Source of the DNA: Candidatus Poribacteria bacterium
GTDB lineage: Bacteria; Poribacteria; WGA-4E; WGA-3G
Assembly (NCBI GenBank): GCA_965215265.1
Contig: OZ244048.1
Span: 3,040,001 to 3,104,000 of the forward strand
Length of the DNA stretch: 64,000 nt
Reading direction: 5' to 3'
This document shows, piece by piece, positions 19,925 to 29,723 of the stretch. The notes under the pieces were generated by a model that did not search any database, was not told the origin of the DNA, and saw nothing but the letters and a program-made list of their open reading frames with translations. Numbering within the stretch: the first letter of the stretch is position 1; each line of letters begins with the position of its first letter. The position numbers and the translations under genes were made by a program.

Positions 19925-20953
19925 GTGATGAAAGGCAAACGGATTATCATGCCAGCGAAACGTTCCGTAACGCTGGAAGATTTTGAATTGGATGAAAAGC
20001 TCAATGCTAACGAAATCTTGCTAGAGACGGATTATAGCTTGATTAGTCCTGGCACCGAAGGTGCCGGATATACCGGGCTTGAAAGCGGGACACGGTTCCC
20101 ACACGGCTCAGGTTACACTGCTATTGGTGAAGTTCTCAAAGTTGGTGAAAAAGTAAAGAAATGTGCAGTCGGTGACCTCGTCTTCTGTTATACTCCGCAT
20201 GCTTCTATTGCAAAAACCAACCGGGTCTTTCTGGCGTTCAAACCGCCGTTAGCGTGTGATGCAAAATTGGTGCCGTTCGTGCGGATGGCAACAGTTGCGA
20301 TGACAGCGCTACGCGTCTCGGCTGCGGAGTTTGGTGATACTGTAGTCATCATCGGCTTAGGATTGGTGGGCAATTCTGCTGCCCAGCTTTTTAGCTTAGC
20401 CGGCATGAAAGTGATCGGCGTTGAGCGCGTGGAAGCTCGCCTAGAAATCGCGCGGAAGTGCGGCATCCAACATCTGATTAATCCTGATGCCGCAGATGTA
20501 TTGGAACGTGTCATCGCGTTGACAGACGGTGAAAAAGCAGAAGTGACCGTTGAGGCAATTGGAAACCCCCGGCTCGTTGAAATGGCATATCAATTGACAC
20601 GTGCCAAGGGTGAAGTTATTCTGCTTGGTTCACCACGTGGAGAATTTATCACAAATGCGACGGCACTTCTAAACTATAGCCATAGTATCGGCTTAGGCGC
20701 GATAACACTTCGGAGCGCGCACGAATGGGTGTATCCGGTCGTGCATACGGCGGAGGCAAAGCATTCACTTGAACGGAATTCGCGCATCGTACATTCCCTG
20801 ATGATAGATGGAAAGTTCAACGTAGCGGAATTGCTAACGCACGTTATTAATCCTGAAGATGCACAAGCCGCCTATGACGGATTAACCGATCGGAAAGATG
20901 AATACTTAGGCGTAGTGATGGATTGGAAAAATTACACTGCCCAACGATTCTGA
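19925..20953 (+). CDS. MDR-family (zinc-binding alcohol dehydrogenase-like) oxidoreductase
   Basis: SLISPGTE, GYTAIGEV and Rossmann GLGLVG. Confidence 0.85.
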   Translation: MMKGKRIIMPAKRSVTLEDFELDEKLNANEILLETDYSLISPGTEGAGYTGLESGTRFPHGSGYTAIGEVLKVGEKVKKCAVGDLVFCYTPHASIAKTNRVFLAFKPPLACDAKLVPFVRMATVAMTALRVSAAEFGDTVVIIGLGLVGNSAAQLFSLAGMKVIGVERVEARLEIARKCGIQHLINPDAADVLERVIALTDGEKAEVTVEAIGNPRLVEMAYQLTRAKGEVILLGSPRGEFITNATALLNYSHSIGLGAITLRSAHEWVYPVVHTAEAKHSLERNSRIVHSLMIDGKFNVAELLTHVINPEDAQAAYDGLTDRKDEYLGVVMDWKNYTAQRF

Positions 20954-22290
20954 AATTCCAACACCATTGCCTCCGGTGCGCCATGTTGTGCCAAGAACTC
21001 CAAGAACGCCTGGTAGAGCCGGCGGGCTTCGGCTGTATCCGACTCAAATCGATTTTTCATTTGCGTCGGATCGGTGGGCAAGTGGAATAACTGTTTTGGG
21101 GCACCCTGATTCTCAAGTAGGAGTGACCACGTTCCATCTGTGATGCTTCCGTGCGGGCTGCCCCCATCGGGGCTCCATCCGCCAACCCACGCCCCATGTG
21201 TAATCGCGTACTCGCGCCCCGTATCGGTATCGCCCATGATTGCCGGGAATAGACTGTTGCCTTCAACCTGTGCGCCGCGTTCCGCGCCAAAAACGTCAAT
21301 TACGGTAGCCGGGATGTCAATGATACTCGCGAGTGCATCCGTGTGCCGGGGCGTTGCCTCCGGATGATAAATGAACAAGGGAATGTGAACAATCTCTTCA
21401 TACATACTCAAATTCTTCGCGAGAAGTCCATGTTCCCCCAAAAGAAAACCGTGGTCAGCCATGAAAATTATCATGGTGTTTGCCATCAATCCCATATAGT
21501 CAATTTTACGAAGGAGCTGCCCGAGCCAATTATCAACAAGTGATGCTTCGGCCCGGTAAAGCGCGTTAAGACGTTGCGTCGTGCGCTCGTCCATTGTATT
21601 GTGCCCGTAGGGCGGATAAATCGGCTCGGGCCCGTCGTAATCGCTTGAATCGAAACGATGTAGGTACCATTCAGGTGCGTCCCACGGCTCATGCGGGTCG
21701 AAGGTGTCTACCATGAGATAGAAGTTTTCGTGTTGGTAATTCCGCTCCAGCCAGTCGCATGCTGTTTGCACGGTTTGCGCCACGAAGGTATCTCCTTCGT
21801 TTTGCCTGAACGCGGTATTTTTTAGGTGATTACCCAGGCCAAGGGGGAGTCTGTTGGGATGCGTTCGAGTGTATTCGCGATACTGCAGTGCTTGATGTGA
21901 TTCATAATCGTATGGTTGTGTCTCCAAACAATCGCCTTCCTGTCCGCGAATCCATTTCCAGCCGGTGAACCCGCGATTGTAAAAGAAACCGTTATTGATG
22001 TGATGCGGTGTATCGGCAATCATCATGCTGACAACGTCAGTCTTTGTCAAAGCATCTGCAATCACCGGTACATTGCGCTTGAGAGGTTCCCACCCCCGGC
22101 GACAGATTCCAACTTGTCCGGTCACCAAATCCCCGCGAATTGGCACAGTTGGGTAACTACAGACGTATGCTTTGTCGAAAACTACGCATTTTTCTGCGAA
22201 GGCATTCAGTGAGGGGCAGTATCCCTTCTCGCCATAAATTGCGAGATTATCCCGCCGAAATGTATCTGAAATAATATGTATAACATTCAT
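20932..22290 (-). CDS. Sulfatase-like alkaline phosphatase superfamily hydrolase with TxPxR motif
   Basis: ISDTFRRD, PTVPIRGDLVTG, DPHEPW, ADHG and HIPL motifs. Confidence 0.85.
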   Translation of the reverse strand: MNVIHIISDTFRRDNLAIYGEKGYCPSLNAFAEKCVVFDKAYVCSYPTVPIRGDLVTGQVGICRRGWEPLKRNVPVIADALTKTDVVSMMIADTPHHINNGFFYNRGFTGWKWIRGQEGDCLETQPYDYESHQALQYREYTRTHPNRLPLGLGNHLKNTAFRQNEGDTFVAQTVQTACDWLERNYQHENFYLMVDTFDPHEPWDAPEWYLHRFDSSDYDGPEPIYPPYGHNTMDERTTQRLNALYRAEASLVDNWLGQLLRKIDYMGLMANTMIIFMADHGFLLGEHGLLAKNLSMYEEIVHIPLFIYHPEATPRHTDALASIIDIPATVIDVFGAERGAQVEGNSLFPAIMGDTDTGREYAITHGAWVGGWSPDGGSPHGSITDGTWSLLLENQGAPKQLFHLPTDPTQMKNRFESDTAEARRLYQAFLEFLAQHGAPEAMVLEFQNRWAV

Positions 22291-22485
22291 GATAACTGTT
22301 CTCCTACTGTCTGGGCGTGAATGTTAGCCCTTGGGTCTCTTTCTATCCGATACGGTTTAGTGGGTATTATACCTCACTTCCACTATTTCTGCTACTGTCT
22401 ATAGACATTTGTTCTCCAATAGCGATAGTTTATACAATTAATTAACGCGAATATAAATGCTGATTATGTCTCTGGTGTAAAATTG

Positions 22486-23901
22486 TCAACAACCGGATGA
22501 ACTCAATCTCCTTTGCTGTGCATGCATTTGCACGACAGCGGGCAATAATCCGTAAATGCCCCAAAACGGAACCCCAATAGCATCGCCGTTCAAGAGATTG
22601 TTGACGGTGAAATGCCCCATTAACGAAAATTCGGCGGCTATGAGCCCAATGACGATGGCCCGATAAAAGCCGGATGCGCCTCCTGAACTACCTTCAATTG
22701 CTTTCAGTGCGCGGAAACCATATCGCAGGAAGGCAAGATTAAGCCATACCCACGTGATAAAACCGACTATCCCTAATTCGGCCAGTACCTGAAGATATTC
22801 GCTGTGCGCGCCAAGCTGGAACTGTGCGGTATACGTACCGACAAGTCCTATATCCTCTTCATAAAGCATAGCGAAAGCCCCGTACCCTTTGCCAAGTATC
22901 GGACTTTCAAGGAACATTGTGACTGCTTGCCCCCACCGGAGGAGCCGTGCCCGGTTTGAGGCATAATTCATATCTACTGTAGACGAAATGCGTTCCACCA
23001 TAACACTATAGACACCCGGTAGATTCAGACACACCAACAAAATAAGAGAGGCGGCTCCAATAAACAGAACCTTTTTATGCGTAACGCCTCTACCGAGTTG
23101 TAGTAGCATCAAACCAACTGCGACAACTACAGATAGCCAGACACCTCGTGAAAAACACATAATGAGCCCGAATCCAAAGCAGAGAAAACAGCCCACCCAC
23201 ATAACCTTGTCATAAGATGTATTATCAAATAACAATCGACTGAGACAGATGAGGAAAAAGATTGCGGTGAAAGAACCGTAAACGGAGTAATTGGTAAACG
23301 GGGCGTGCTGATATGCACTAGTCCACTGCCACTCATCAATGTGATAGATGAGTACAACAACCGTCCATATCACAGCGATAGCTGCAGTGGGAAAGGTAGC
23401 GATAGAGAGCCGCTTCAATGTACGTTGATGCTGGAGCCGATCGTACACCACCAGGCTGAACATCATGTAGGCAGTCGCGCGCGTTGCCCCCTTGAGCGTG
23501 CCAAACAAGTCAGGTGTATTAACTGCAGATAGAAATGTAACGAGGATATGACAACAGAGGGGGGCGAAGAGAGGAAAGGTATTATTCCGCTGCTGCCGGT
23601 TTGCGAAATCTATAATCTTTTTTACGCAATAAACGGCAGCTAGCATTCCCAAAAGCGGTTCCGTCGGAGTCTGAATCTCGAACCCTCCAGAGAAAATGTA
23701 ACGGAAGGAAAAGGGCAAGGCAATTAATAGGACATAAATCGCGAGTTCCATGCCCATAAAGACAAAGGCTCCCGTAGCAACTAACAGGCTTAGGAGCAGC
23801 AGGGGGGTGCCGGAATAACGGCCGATGATACCACCGAATACTAGACAAACGAGAATGAGAAGAATTTGCTTGCCATATTCCAATTTTTGTATCGTATTCA
23901 A
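22486..23901 (-). CDS. O-antigen ligase family (Wzy_C) membrane protein
   Basis: FSRGVWL, R...W..A..MF...PILGKGYG and AHSEYLQVLAELGIVG motifs. Confidence 0.85.
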   Translation of the reverse strand: MNTIQKLEYGKQILLILVCLVFGGIIGRYSGTPLLLLSLLVATGAFVFMGMELAIYVLLIALPFSFRYIFSGGFEIQTPTEPLLGMLAAVYCVKKIIDFANRQQRNNTFPLFAPLCCHILVTFLSAVNTPDLFGTLKGATRATAYMMFSLVVYDRLQHQRTLKRLSIATFPTAAIAVIWTVVVLIYHIDEWQWTSAYQHAPFTNYSVYGSFTAIFFLICLSRLLFDNTSYDKVMWVGCFLCFGFGLIMCFSRGVWLSVVVAVGLMLLQLGRGVTHKKVLFIGAASLILLVCLNLPGVYSVMVERISSTVDMNYASNRARLLRWGQAVTMFLESPILGKGYGAFAMLYEEDIGLVGTYTAQFQLGAHSEYLQVLAELGIVGFITWVWLNLAFLRYGFRALKAIEGSSGGASGFYRAIVIGLIAAEFSLMGHFTVNNLLNGDAIGVPFWGIYGLLPAVVQMHAQQRRLSSSGC

Positions 23902-24102
23902 ATTTGTTTATCTTTTTTTCAAGGATGCAGGTTTACAGAAGATAGATTTGCTTGGGGTTGTAGTATTCCTCTACCTTCGGGCGTGCGTTAAACTGCCACG
24001 GTTTGAGGTTATCACCAAAATAGCGTGTACTTACTGAAGTCTCTACCGAAATCCATGGTCCAGGTTGTCTGCCAAGACCCCCGGTGCACACCATACCGTG
24101 AA

Positions 24103-24843
24103 CTAAAACCGCATTCTGACTCCGAACCCGATAGCTGTTCCATCTAAAACGACAGAAAGAGGCACAGAGCCACTCGTTTCCACAGTTTTGAGGAGGCGTT
24201 TTAGTTCGAAATTAAGGGAGATGGTGTCTGCCCATCTAAATACTTCGGCACCTACAACGACATATCCTGTTGTCCCTGAAGAACTATCATCAAATGAGAT
24301 ACCTTGTTGTTCAATTAAATCGGTTGCACTCCCGCTGAAACTTGCCCCTAAAAAACCGAGCCCCCCTCCCAAATAAAGAGGGAGAAATTCTGACAGAAGC
24401 ACCGGACGGTAGATAAGTTGATACGAGATAGGTATAAGCGTCGTTGTAAGGTTTGCTGAGATTGGTGGTGGAATATCGAGCTGCATCTGCCCATAGCCGA
24501 ATTCTAACCGCGAATCTAATTCAGACGAGTGTTCAATGACAATAGAGAACATGGGCATAAGTACCGCAGGAATTTCCGAGACCCCAACACTCTGGAGAAT
24601 ATCAGTTAAGTCACCTAATTCAGGTCTGTATGAAAAGATAGAGGCTTGGACTGAGTAAGATTGGATGTGCTCATCAAGAAAATCTAATAAGATGGGTTCC
24701 GGCCGGCCTGATTCAGTGGGAACCGCGGCTTCCGCTGCTTCAGTGGAACTGCCGAATAATGAACTAGGAATCAGCAGGAGTAAGAAAAAAAACAGGAATA
24801 TAATTCTTATGAGAGGGTATTGAACTGTGCGCCGTGGTTGCAT
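24103..24843 (-). CDS. Small outer-membrane beta-barrel protein
   Basis: Signal peptide, PLYLGGGLG, C-terminal GVRMRF. Confidence 0.6.
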   Translation of the reverse strand: MQPRRTVQYPLIRIIFLFFFLLLLIPSSLFGSSTEAAEAAVPTESGRPEPILLDFLDEHIQSYSVQASIFSYRPELGDLTDILQSVGVSEIPAVLMPMFSIVIEHSSELDSRLEFGYGQMQLDIPPPISANLTTTLIPISYQLIYRPVLLSEFLPLYLGGGLGFLGASFSGSATDLIEQQGISFDDSSSGTTGYVVVGAEVFRWADTISLNFELKRLLKTVETSGSVPLSVVLDGTAIGFGVRMRF

Positions 24844-25077
24844 ACTGGTTTGTCATTGCGTTAAAGATTGGATGTGGAGCGCGAATGTGGGAGTACTTTT
24901 CTGATTGCGACTCCCACCGCTGCGCTCACAGCTCATACTGCGTTAGATAGAGCTTCCAATCTGTTTGTTTGGACATCCAATTTCTTGTATCGTCCTCAAA
25001 CACGTTTGTCTTGGCATGAATATTTAACTGTTGTCTGGTCAGAGCGATCTTAGCAAGGATTCCAACTCAAGTAACAG

Positions 25078-25953
25078 TTACATGATAGCGCCTTCCGGAA
25101 GCAAAATGACTTCAACACGGCGATTCATGGCTCTGCCGGTGGAAGTATTCTGTGGTGCGACCGGGTCGGTGTGCGCTTTGCCAATTGCCTCAATTCTGTC
25201 AGCATCAATGCCTTTATCTTTGAGATATTTAGCGGCTGAGTTGGCGCGTGCCTGAGAGAGATCCCAATTGCTTCGATACGTCCCGCGTAGTACAGGTGAG
25301 CCGTCTGCGTGTCCGACAACGATGATTTTTGCATCCGCGTTTGCCGTCAACTCTTCAATAATGCCATCAAGCATCTCTTTCGCCTCGCTGGAGAGTCTTG
25401 TGTGTCCACTGGCAAAATTGACGGTAACCAGCATCCTAGGTTTTGCGGCAACTTGCATTTGGACTTCGGAAATTGCCTCTTCAGCTGCCATGAGTTGGGA
25501 ACGGATCATCTTTATCTCATCTTGCAGTGCTTTATCTGCTTTTTCCAATTCCATGTGCTGCTTTTGCAGTTTAGCATCTTCCGCTTTGGTAAACGCCATC
25601 GCCTTTTCGCCCTGCATATCAATGGCCTTGGTCAAGTCTACCCGAAGTTGCGCATCCTGTTCTTTGGCATTTTGCATCGCAGCGGCAATCGAGTCAGCAT
25701 CTCCTTGCTGTGAAGCGGCAATCGCCTCATCTTTTGCTTTGGAGATTGACTCCGTCAGGTCGGCTTTCTGCTGGTCTACTTTGCCATCTAACATCGTAAT
25801 CTTATTCGACATATCAGAGTTGGCTTGCTCCACTGCCGAAACATGCTCATTCTTCCACATTTCAAATTCTTCTTGGTTTAACTTGCCACAGCCACTGACA
25901 ACAAGCACTATGCTAAAAAGAACTATCATTGTGAAAACTGTCGTATTTTTCAT
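25078..25953 (-). CDS. OmpA/MotB-domain lipoprotein with a coiled-coil stalk
   Basis: Lipobox VSGC, heptad-rich middle, GHAD..NWDLSQARA..NRRVEV. Confidence 0.88.
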   Translation of the reverse strand: MKNTTVFTMIVLFSIVLVVSGCGKLNQEEFEMWKNEHVSAVEQANSDMSNKITMLDGKVDQQKADLTESISKAKDEAIAASQQGDADSIAAAMQNAKEQDAQLRVDLTKAIDMQGEKAMAFTKAEDAKLQKQHMELEKADKALQDEIKMIRSQLMAAEEAISEVQMQVAAKPRMLVTVNFASGHTRLSSEAKEMLDGIIEELTANADAKIIVVGHADGSPVLRGTYRSNWDLSQARANSAAKYLKDKGIDADRIEAIGKAHTDPVAPQNTSTGRAMNRRVEVILLPEGAIM

Positions 25954-26233
25954 GGATTTCTCCTATTTAATTCCCCCAATCTAGCGGGGATGAAAACAAT
26001 TTCTATAAATGTGACCAATCGTTGATCTCTGCCGAGCCAAGCGCGGCTCACAAACATATCTTGTAAAGACACCCCCATTATAAACATATCATGCAACTCC
26101 CAAAGTTGAACCAGATGAAAATACGAGGTGCTGATTAGAATGTTTATCGAACCGGTCTTGAGAATTCCGTATGCAAATAGGGCACCTGTGTCACAAAGAT
26201 TAAGTGTACTTTTTATAAACGATTTCGTTATAT

Positions 26234-26263
26234 ATTATACTATCGTTTGTGCAAAAAAGTCAA
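26234..26263 (-). promoter_or_regulatory. Sigma70-type promoter for the OmpA-domain operon
   Basis: TTGACT-18 bp-TATAAT on the minus strand. Confidence 0.55.
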
Positions 26264-26300
26264 ACGTTTTTTTTGTTTTGTGCTTGCAATATAAAGGGAC

Positions 26301-26329
26301 TTGATTTTTCAACACGGATCAGGTAAAAT
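26301..26329 (+). promoter_or_regulatory. Divergent sigma70-type promoter for the M48 peptidase
   Basis: TTGATT-17 bp-TAAAAT. Confidence 0.45.
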
Positions 26330-26426
26330 ATGTCTTATTCACGTTATACGTTATTGGGCAGCGCACAACCATCATAAACAGTCACTCTACTGCACTGAAC
26401 TCTGTTGCTCAATATAGGTTTTTATT

Positions 26427-27776
26427 ATGGGACAGATAAGTATCATTTTAATTGGGGGGCTGCTCTTTCTGCTTTCCTATGAGCCTTTGGAGAAGAGTCT
26501 GGAACTGAGCAGCACAGAGGTGATTCTCTGGACACTTCTACTCACTGCTGCTCCGGGGATGTTAGCGTATATCATAACGGTATATGCAAGCCGGGAGTTG
26601 TCGCCATCCGGAACAGAGAATCTCAACAAACTTTACCGCCTCAGGCGTTTCATGATTGTTTTTGAATGCCTTAGCTTAGCGGCCTACGTGTGTAATTTAT
26701 ATGTGTTAAATTTACCATGGTTCATTGATAAACACCTTGCCTTTCTTCCTATGAAAACGCTGCAGCAGGCTGTGGCAATCCTCCCCCTGCTTACCGGACT
26801 TGTGTTCATACGCCTTGTCTTCTATCAAATGAGTCGGAATCCGCAGGTTCGCTATCGGGAGATTCTTAGTCTCCAGATCAAATTTTTGCTTTTACCCTTG
26901 ATTCCGATGTTTGTTTATTTCATCACACGCGATCTCATCTACCTCCTTCCTGATCGGGCAAAGTTGTTTCTGATGGAGTATCCGTACATTTTGATTGGGA
27001 TACTGCTTTTTCCGGGAATCGCGTTTGCATACCTATTTACGCCTTTACTGATGCAATTTCTCTGGAAAACTATACCGCTCACGGATGATGTGGTGAAACA
27101 AAAACTCGCGCGGTTAGTAAAGCGGAGTGGGGTCAAGTTTCGAGATATTGTTGTCTGGCAAACCGGAGCGCTCTCTATAGCGAACGCCGCCGTTGCAGGA
27201 ACCGTGCCCTGGAACCGCCGAATTTTTTTGACAGACGCACTCTTACGCTATTTCACGGATGAACAGATCGAGACAATTGTCGCACATGAACTCGGGCATA
27301 TCCGCTATAGACATATTCCAACGTACATGCTATTTTCACTTATCTATCTGCTAAGCTACTTACCGTTTTATAGGTTTGTTGAAGCACCCCTCGCTGCTTT
27401 TCTCGGAGACACACCAATCCTCTCAACCTTATCCGCCTTGGCGTTTTTCTCAGTCTATTTTGTGCTACTATTCCGGTATCTCTCAAGACGTTGTGAACAT
27501 CAGGCAGATCTGTATGCAGTGACGTTAACAGAGAACCCGGAGGCATTTAAAACCGCATTGATGAATCTCTCTATGCTAAATTCTCTGCCAAAATCAATTA
27601 AGCGGTTCTTTGAATTATTTAATACGCATCCCTCCGTTGCTCGACGGATTGATTTCGTGAACCAGTTCGAAGAAAAAAGTGAATCGGTGCAACGTTATAA
27701 AACCTATCTGCTTGAAGTTAAAATCTTAATTGTGCTTCTACCTGTCTTCAGTCTCCTCGCGTTTATGCTGATCTAA
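26427..27776 (+). CDS. M48 family membrane zinc metallopeptidase (Ste24/HtpX-like)
   Basis: ANAAVAG, AHELGH, E.QAD and THPS..RI motifs. Confidence 0.9.
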   Translation: MGQISIILIGGLLFLLSYEPLEKSLELSSTEVILWTLLLTAAPGMLAYIITVYASRELSPSGTENLNKLYRLRRFMIVFECLSLAAYVCNLYVLNLPWFIDKHLAFLPMKTLQQAVAILPLLTGLVFIRLVFYQMSRNPQVRYREILSLQIKFLLLPLIPMFVYFITRDLIYLLPDRAKLFLMEYPYILIGILLFPGIAFAYLFTPLLMQFLWKTIPLTDDVVKQKLARLVKRSGVKFRDIVVWQTGALSIANAAVAGTVPWNRRIFLTDALLRYFTDEQIETIVAHELGHIRYRHIPTYMLFSLIYLLSYLPFYRFVEAPLAAFLGDTPILSTLSALAFFSVYFVLLFRYLSRRCEHQADLYAVTLTENPEAFKTALMNLSMLNSLPKSIKRFFELFNTHPSVARRIDFVNQFEEKSESVQRYKTYLLEVKILIVLLPVFSLLAFMLI

Positions 27777-27995
27777 GGATCCTGCAAATAGTATTAGAAT
27801 TCCTAGTGATTGCATAGGTGTTGTCCATCTCAATCTCATCTATCACTAAAGGTGCGAACATTTTCTCTTGACCCGTGTCTAAGAGATAAGGTATACTTTA
27901 TTAAAGCTATATTGGACCTGTGAGGTTCTCTTATAGTATAGATAGTATAGAATTGAAACGAAAAGATTACTTCTAAAATAAAAAGGAGAATTACG

Positions 27996-28571
27996 ATGAA
28001 AACGAAATTTCTCAGCTTATTCGTGCTCATTAGCATTGCTGCTATTTCACAATTGGCGGGTGCGGCGGATACATATAATTTAGATACGGCGCATTCAATG
28101 ATTATTTTCCGTGCGAAACACATGGGTGTCAGTTACAACTACGGTAGATTTAATGAATTTTCAGGCAAAATCACCGTCTATGAAAACGATGCGTCCAAAA
28201 ATACCGTGGAATTCGAAGTGAAAGCGGCGAGTGTTGATACGGGCAACGAAAAACGCGATCAGCACCTCAGAAGTCCTGATTTCCTCAATGCTAAACAATT
28301 TCCTGTTCTTACCTTCAAAAGCACCGATGTGAAAAAAGTAGACGAGGAGACACTGGAAATTATAGGCGACCTTGAACTCCATGGTGTAAAGAAATCGGTG
28401 ACGATTACTGTGGAAATTACTGGAAAAGCTGAAGGAAGACAAGGCGAATCTCTAATCGGTTTTGAAAGCACGTTTACTATCAAGCGCAGTGAATTTGGGA
28501 TGAATTATGGAATGGGTGCTGTGAGTGATGAAATCCGCGTTATCGTGAGTGTTGAAGCAGTCAGAAAATAG
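27996..28571 (+). CDS. YceI family polyisoprenoid-binding periplasmic protein
   Basis: Signal peptide; D.AHS, GRFNEFSG, RDQHLRSPDF and GDL.LHGV.K motifs. Confidence 0.92.
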   Translation: MKTKFLSLFVLISIAAISQLAGAADTYNLDTAHSMIIFRAKHMGVSYNYGRFNEFSGKITVYENDASKNTVEFEVKAASVDTGNEKRDQHLRSPDFLNAKQFPVLTFKSTDVKKVDEETLEIIGDLELHGVKKSVTITVEITGKAEGRQGESLIGFESTFTIKRSEFGMNYGMGAVSDEIRVIVSVEAVRK

Positions 28572-28645
28572 GGTCCGTTGAGAGTTGCGAGGAGCCTTAT
28601 TGAGAGTGGATGTCCGATTCCTGTCCTTATTGAGGAACTGCAAAA

Positions 28646-29509
28646 ATGCTGAATTTTAACACTATTTTTTTTAGCTTGATTTTACCTGCCCTAGTGTGTG
28701 GTGGAATTTTTGCTAGTGCCTCGTTGTCAAGGCAACACAATAGTCGTGGATGGATACCAGCATTGGCAGTGGCAAGTGGATATATCATAGGTTACCTTGG
28801 TTTAGAAGGCAGGGTCCCTTTACCCCCTAAAGAAGGTATCCATTGGCTTTTTTATTTGGCGTTAATCAGTTTCATTGCAGCAGCAGTTCGACTTCTGCCC
28901 AATTGGTGCCGCTGGAGTATTCGTGCAATTATATCTTTTGCTATTCCGCGGCTCCTGTTGGACTCAATATTCAAATATACTTGGGGAATGGCTGAAGAGA
29001 CAATCTGGTGGTTTTGTCTCGCGGCGGCGATTTTCGGGTTCTGGACGATAGTTGAACGGAGTGCTGCCGTTTTACCAGCCGGAGCATCTATGCCGTTTGT
29101 GTTTTTGGGTATAGCGGGCAGCAGTGCGTTAATTTTGGCCCTCTCGGGTAGTCTACGGCAGGCACAACATAACGGGATTGTAGTGGCTATGTTCGCTGCA
29201 ATTTGGATTGTTGCACTCATCCTACCCCGGCTGGTAAACTCAGAAAATGCACACCATGTCCTTCTACCGGATGCATCGGCAGGTATAGCCCTCCTACTGA
29301 GCGGACTCTGGTTAAACGGTTATTTTTTTTCAGAGGTGCCTGGGATAAGCGTTGTCTTATTAGCGGTTTCGCCAATACTTGCATGGGTAAGCGCTGCGCG
29401 TAAATCTACACCTCTCCAAATTGTATTAATCGCATTACCTGTTCTCATTGCGATAGGCATTGCTGTTGCACGTTCAGGTTTCTTCGGTGACAGTGGTGAT
29501 TTTGTCTGA
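28646..29509 (+). CDS. Hypothetical multi-pass membrane protein
   Basis: Long ORF with about 9 hydrophobic segments and a GAGGA RBS. Confidence 0.7.
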   Translation: MLNFNTIFFSLILPALVCGGIFASASLSRQHNSRGWIPALAVASGYIIGYLGLEGRVPLPPKEGIHWLFYLALISFIAAAVRLLPNWCRWSIRAIISFAIPRLLLDSIFKYTWGMAEETIWWFCLAAAIFGFWTIVERSAAVLPAGASMPFVFLGIAGSSALILALSGSLRQAQHNGIVVAMFAAIWIVALILPRLVNSENAHHVLLPDASAGIALLLSGLWLNGYFFSEVPGISVVLLAVSPILAWVSAARKSTPLQIVLIALPVLIAIGIAVARSGFFGDSGDFV

Positions 29510-29723
29510 GTTATGTCTGTTACCGTGAGATTGTTGGTCCCATCCATTTTTTTTACGGATTACCTGAACGTGTGTCTTTTGAATATAGTGAAGACAGTCA
29601 GTATCCCGGGCGTACTTGTCCCAAAACGAAGTTACTGAAAAGATTGCTGCGCTGCACCTATATGAAACAGTTTTAAATTTTAAATTCAATTCATCACCCA
29701 TCAAAATCCGGAGGTAAAATTAG

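Noticed and set aside
25268-25984. 238-aa plus-strand ORF
   Set aside because: Antisense shadow of the OmpA-domain gene
28596-28634. Direct repeat CCTTATTGAG twice
   Set aside because: Only 10 bp with nothing mobile-like between the copies; could be chance
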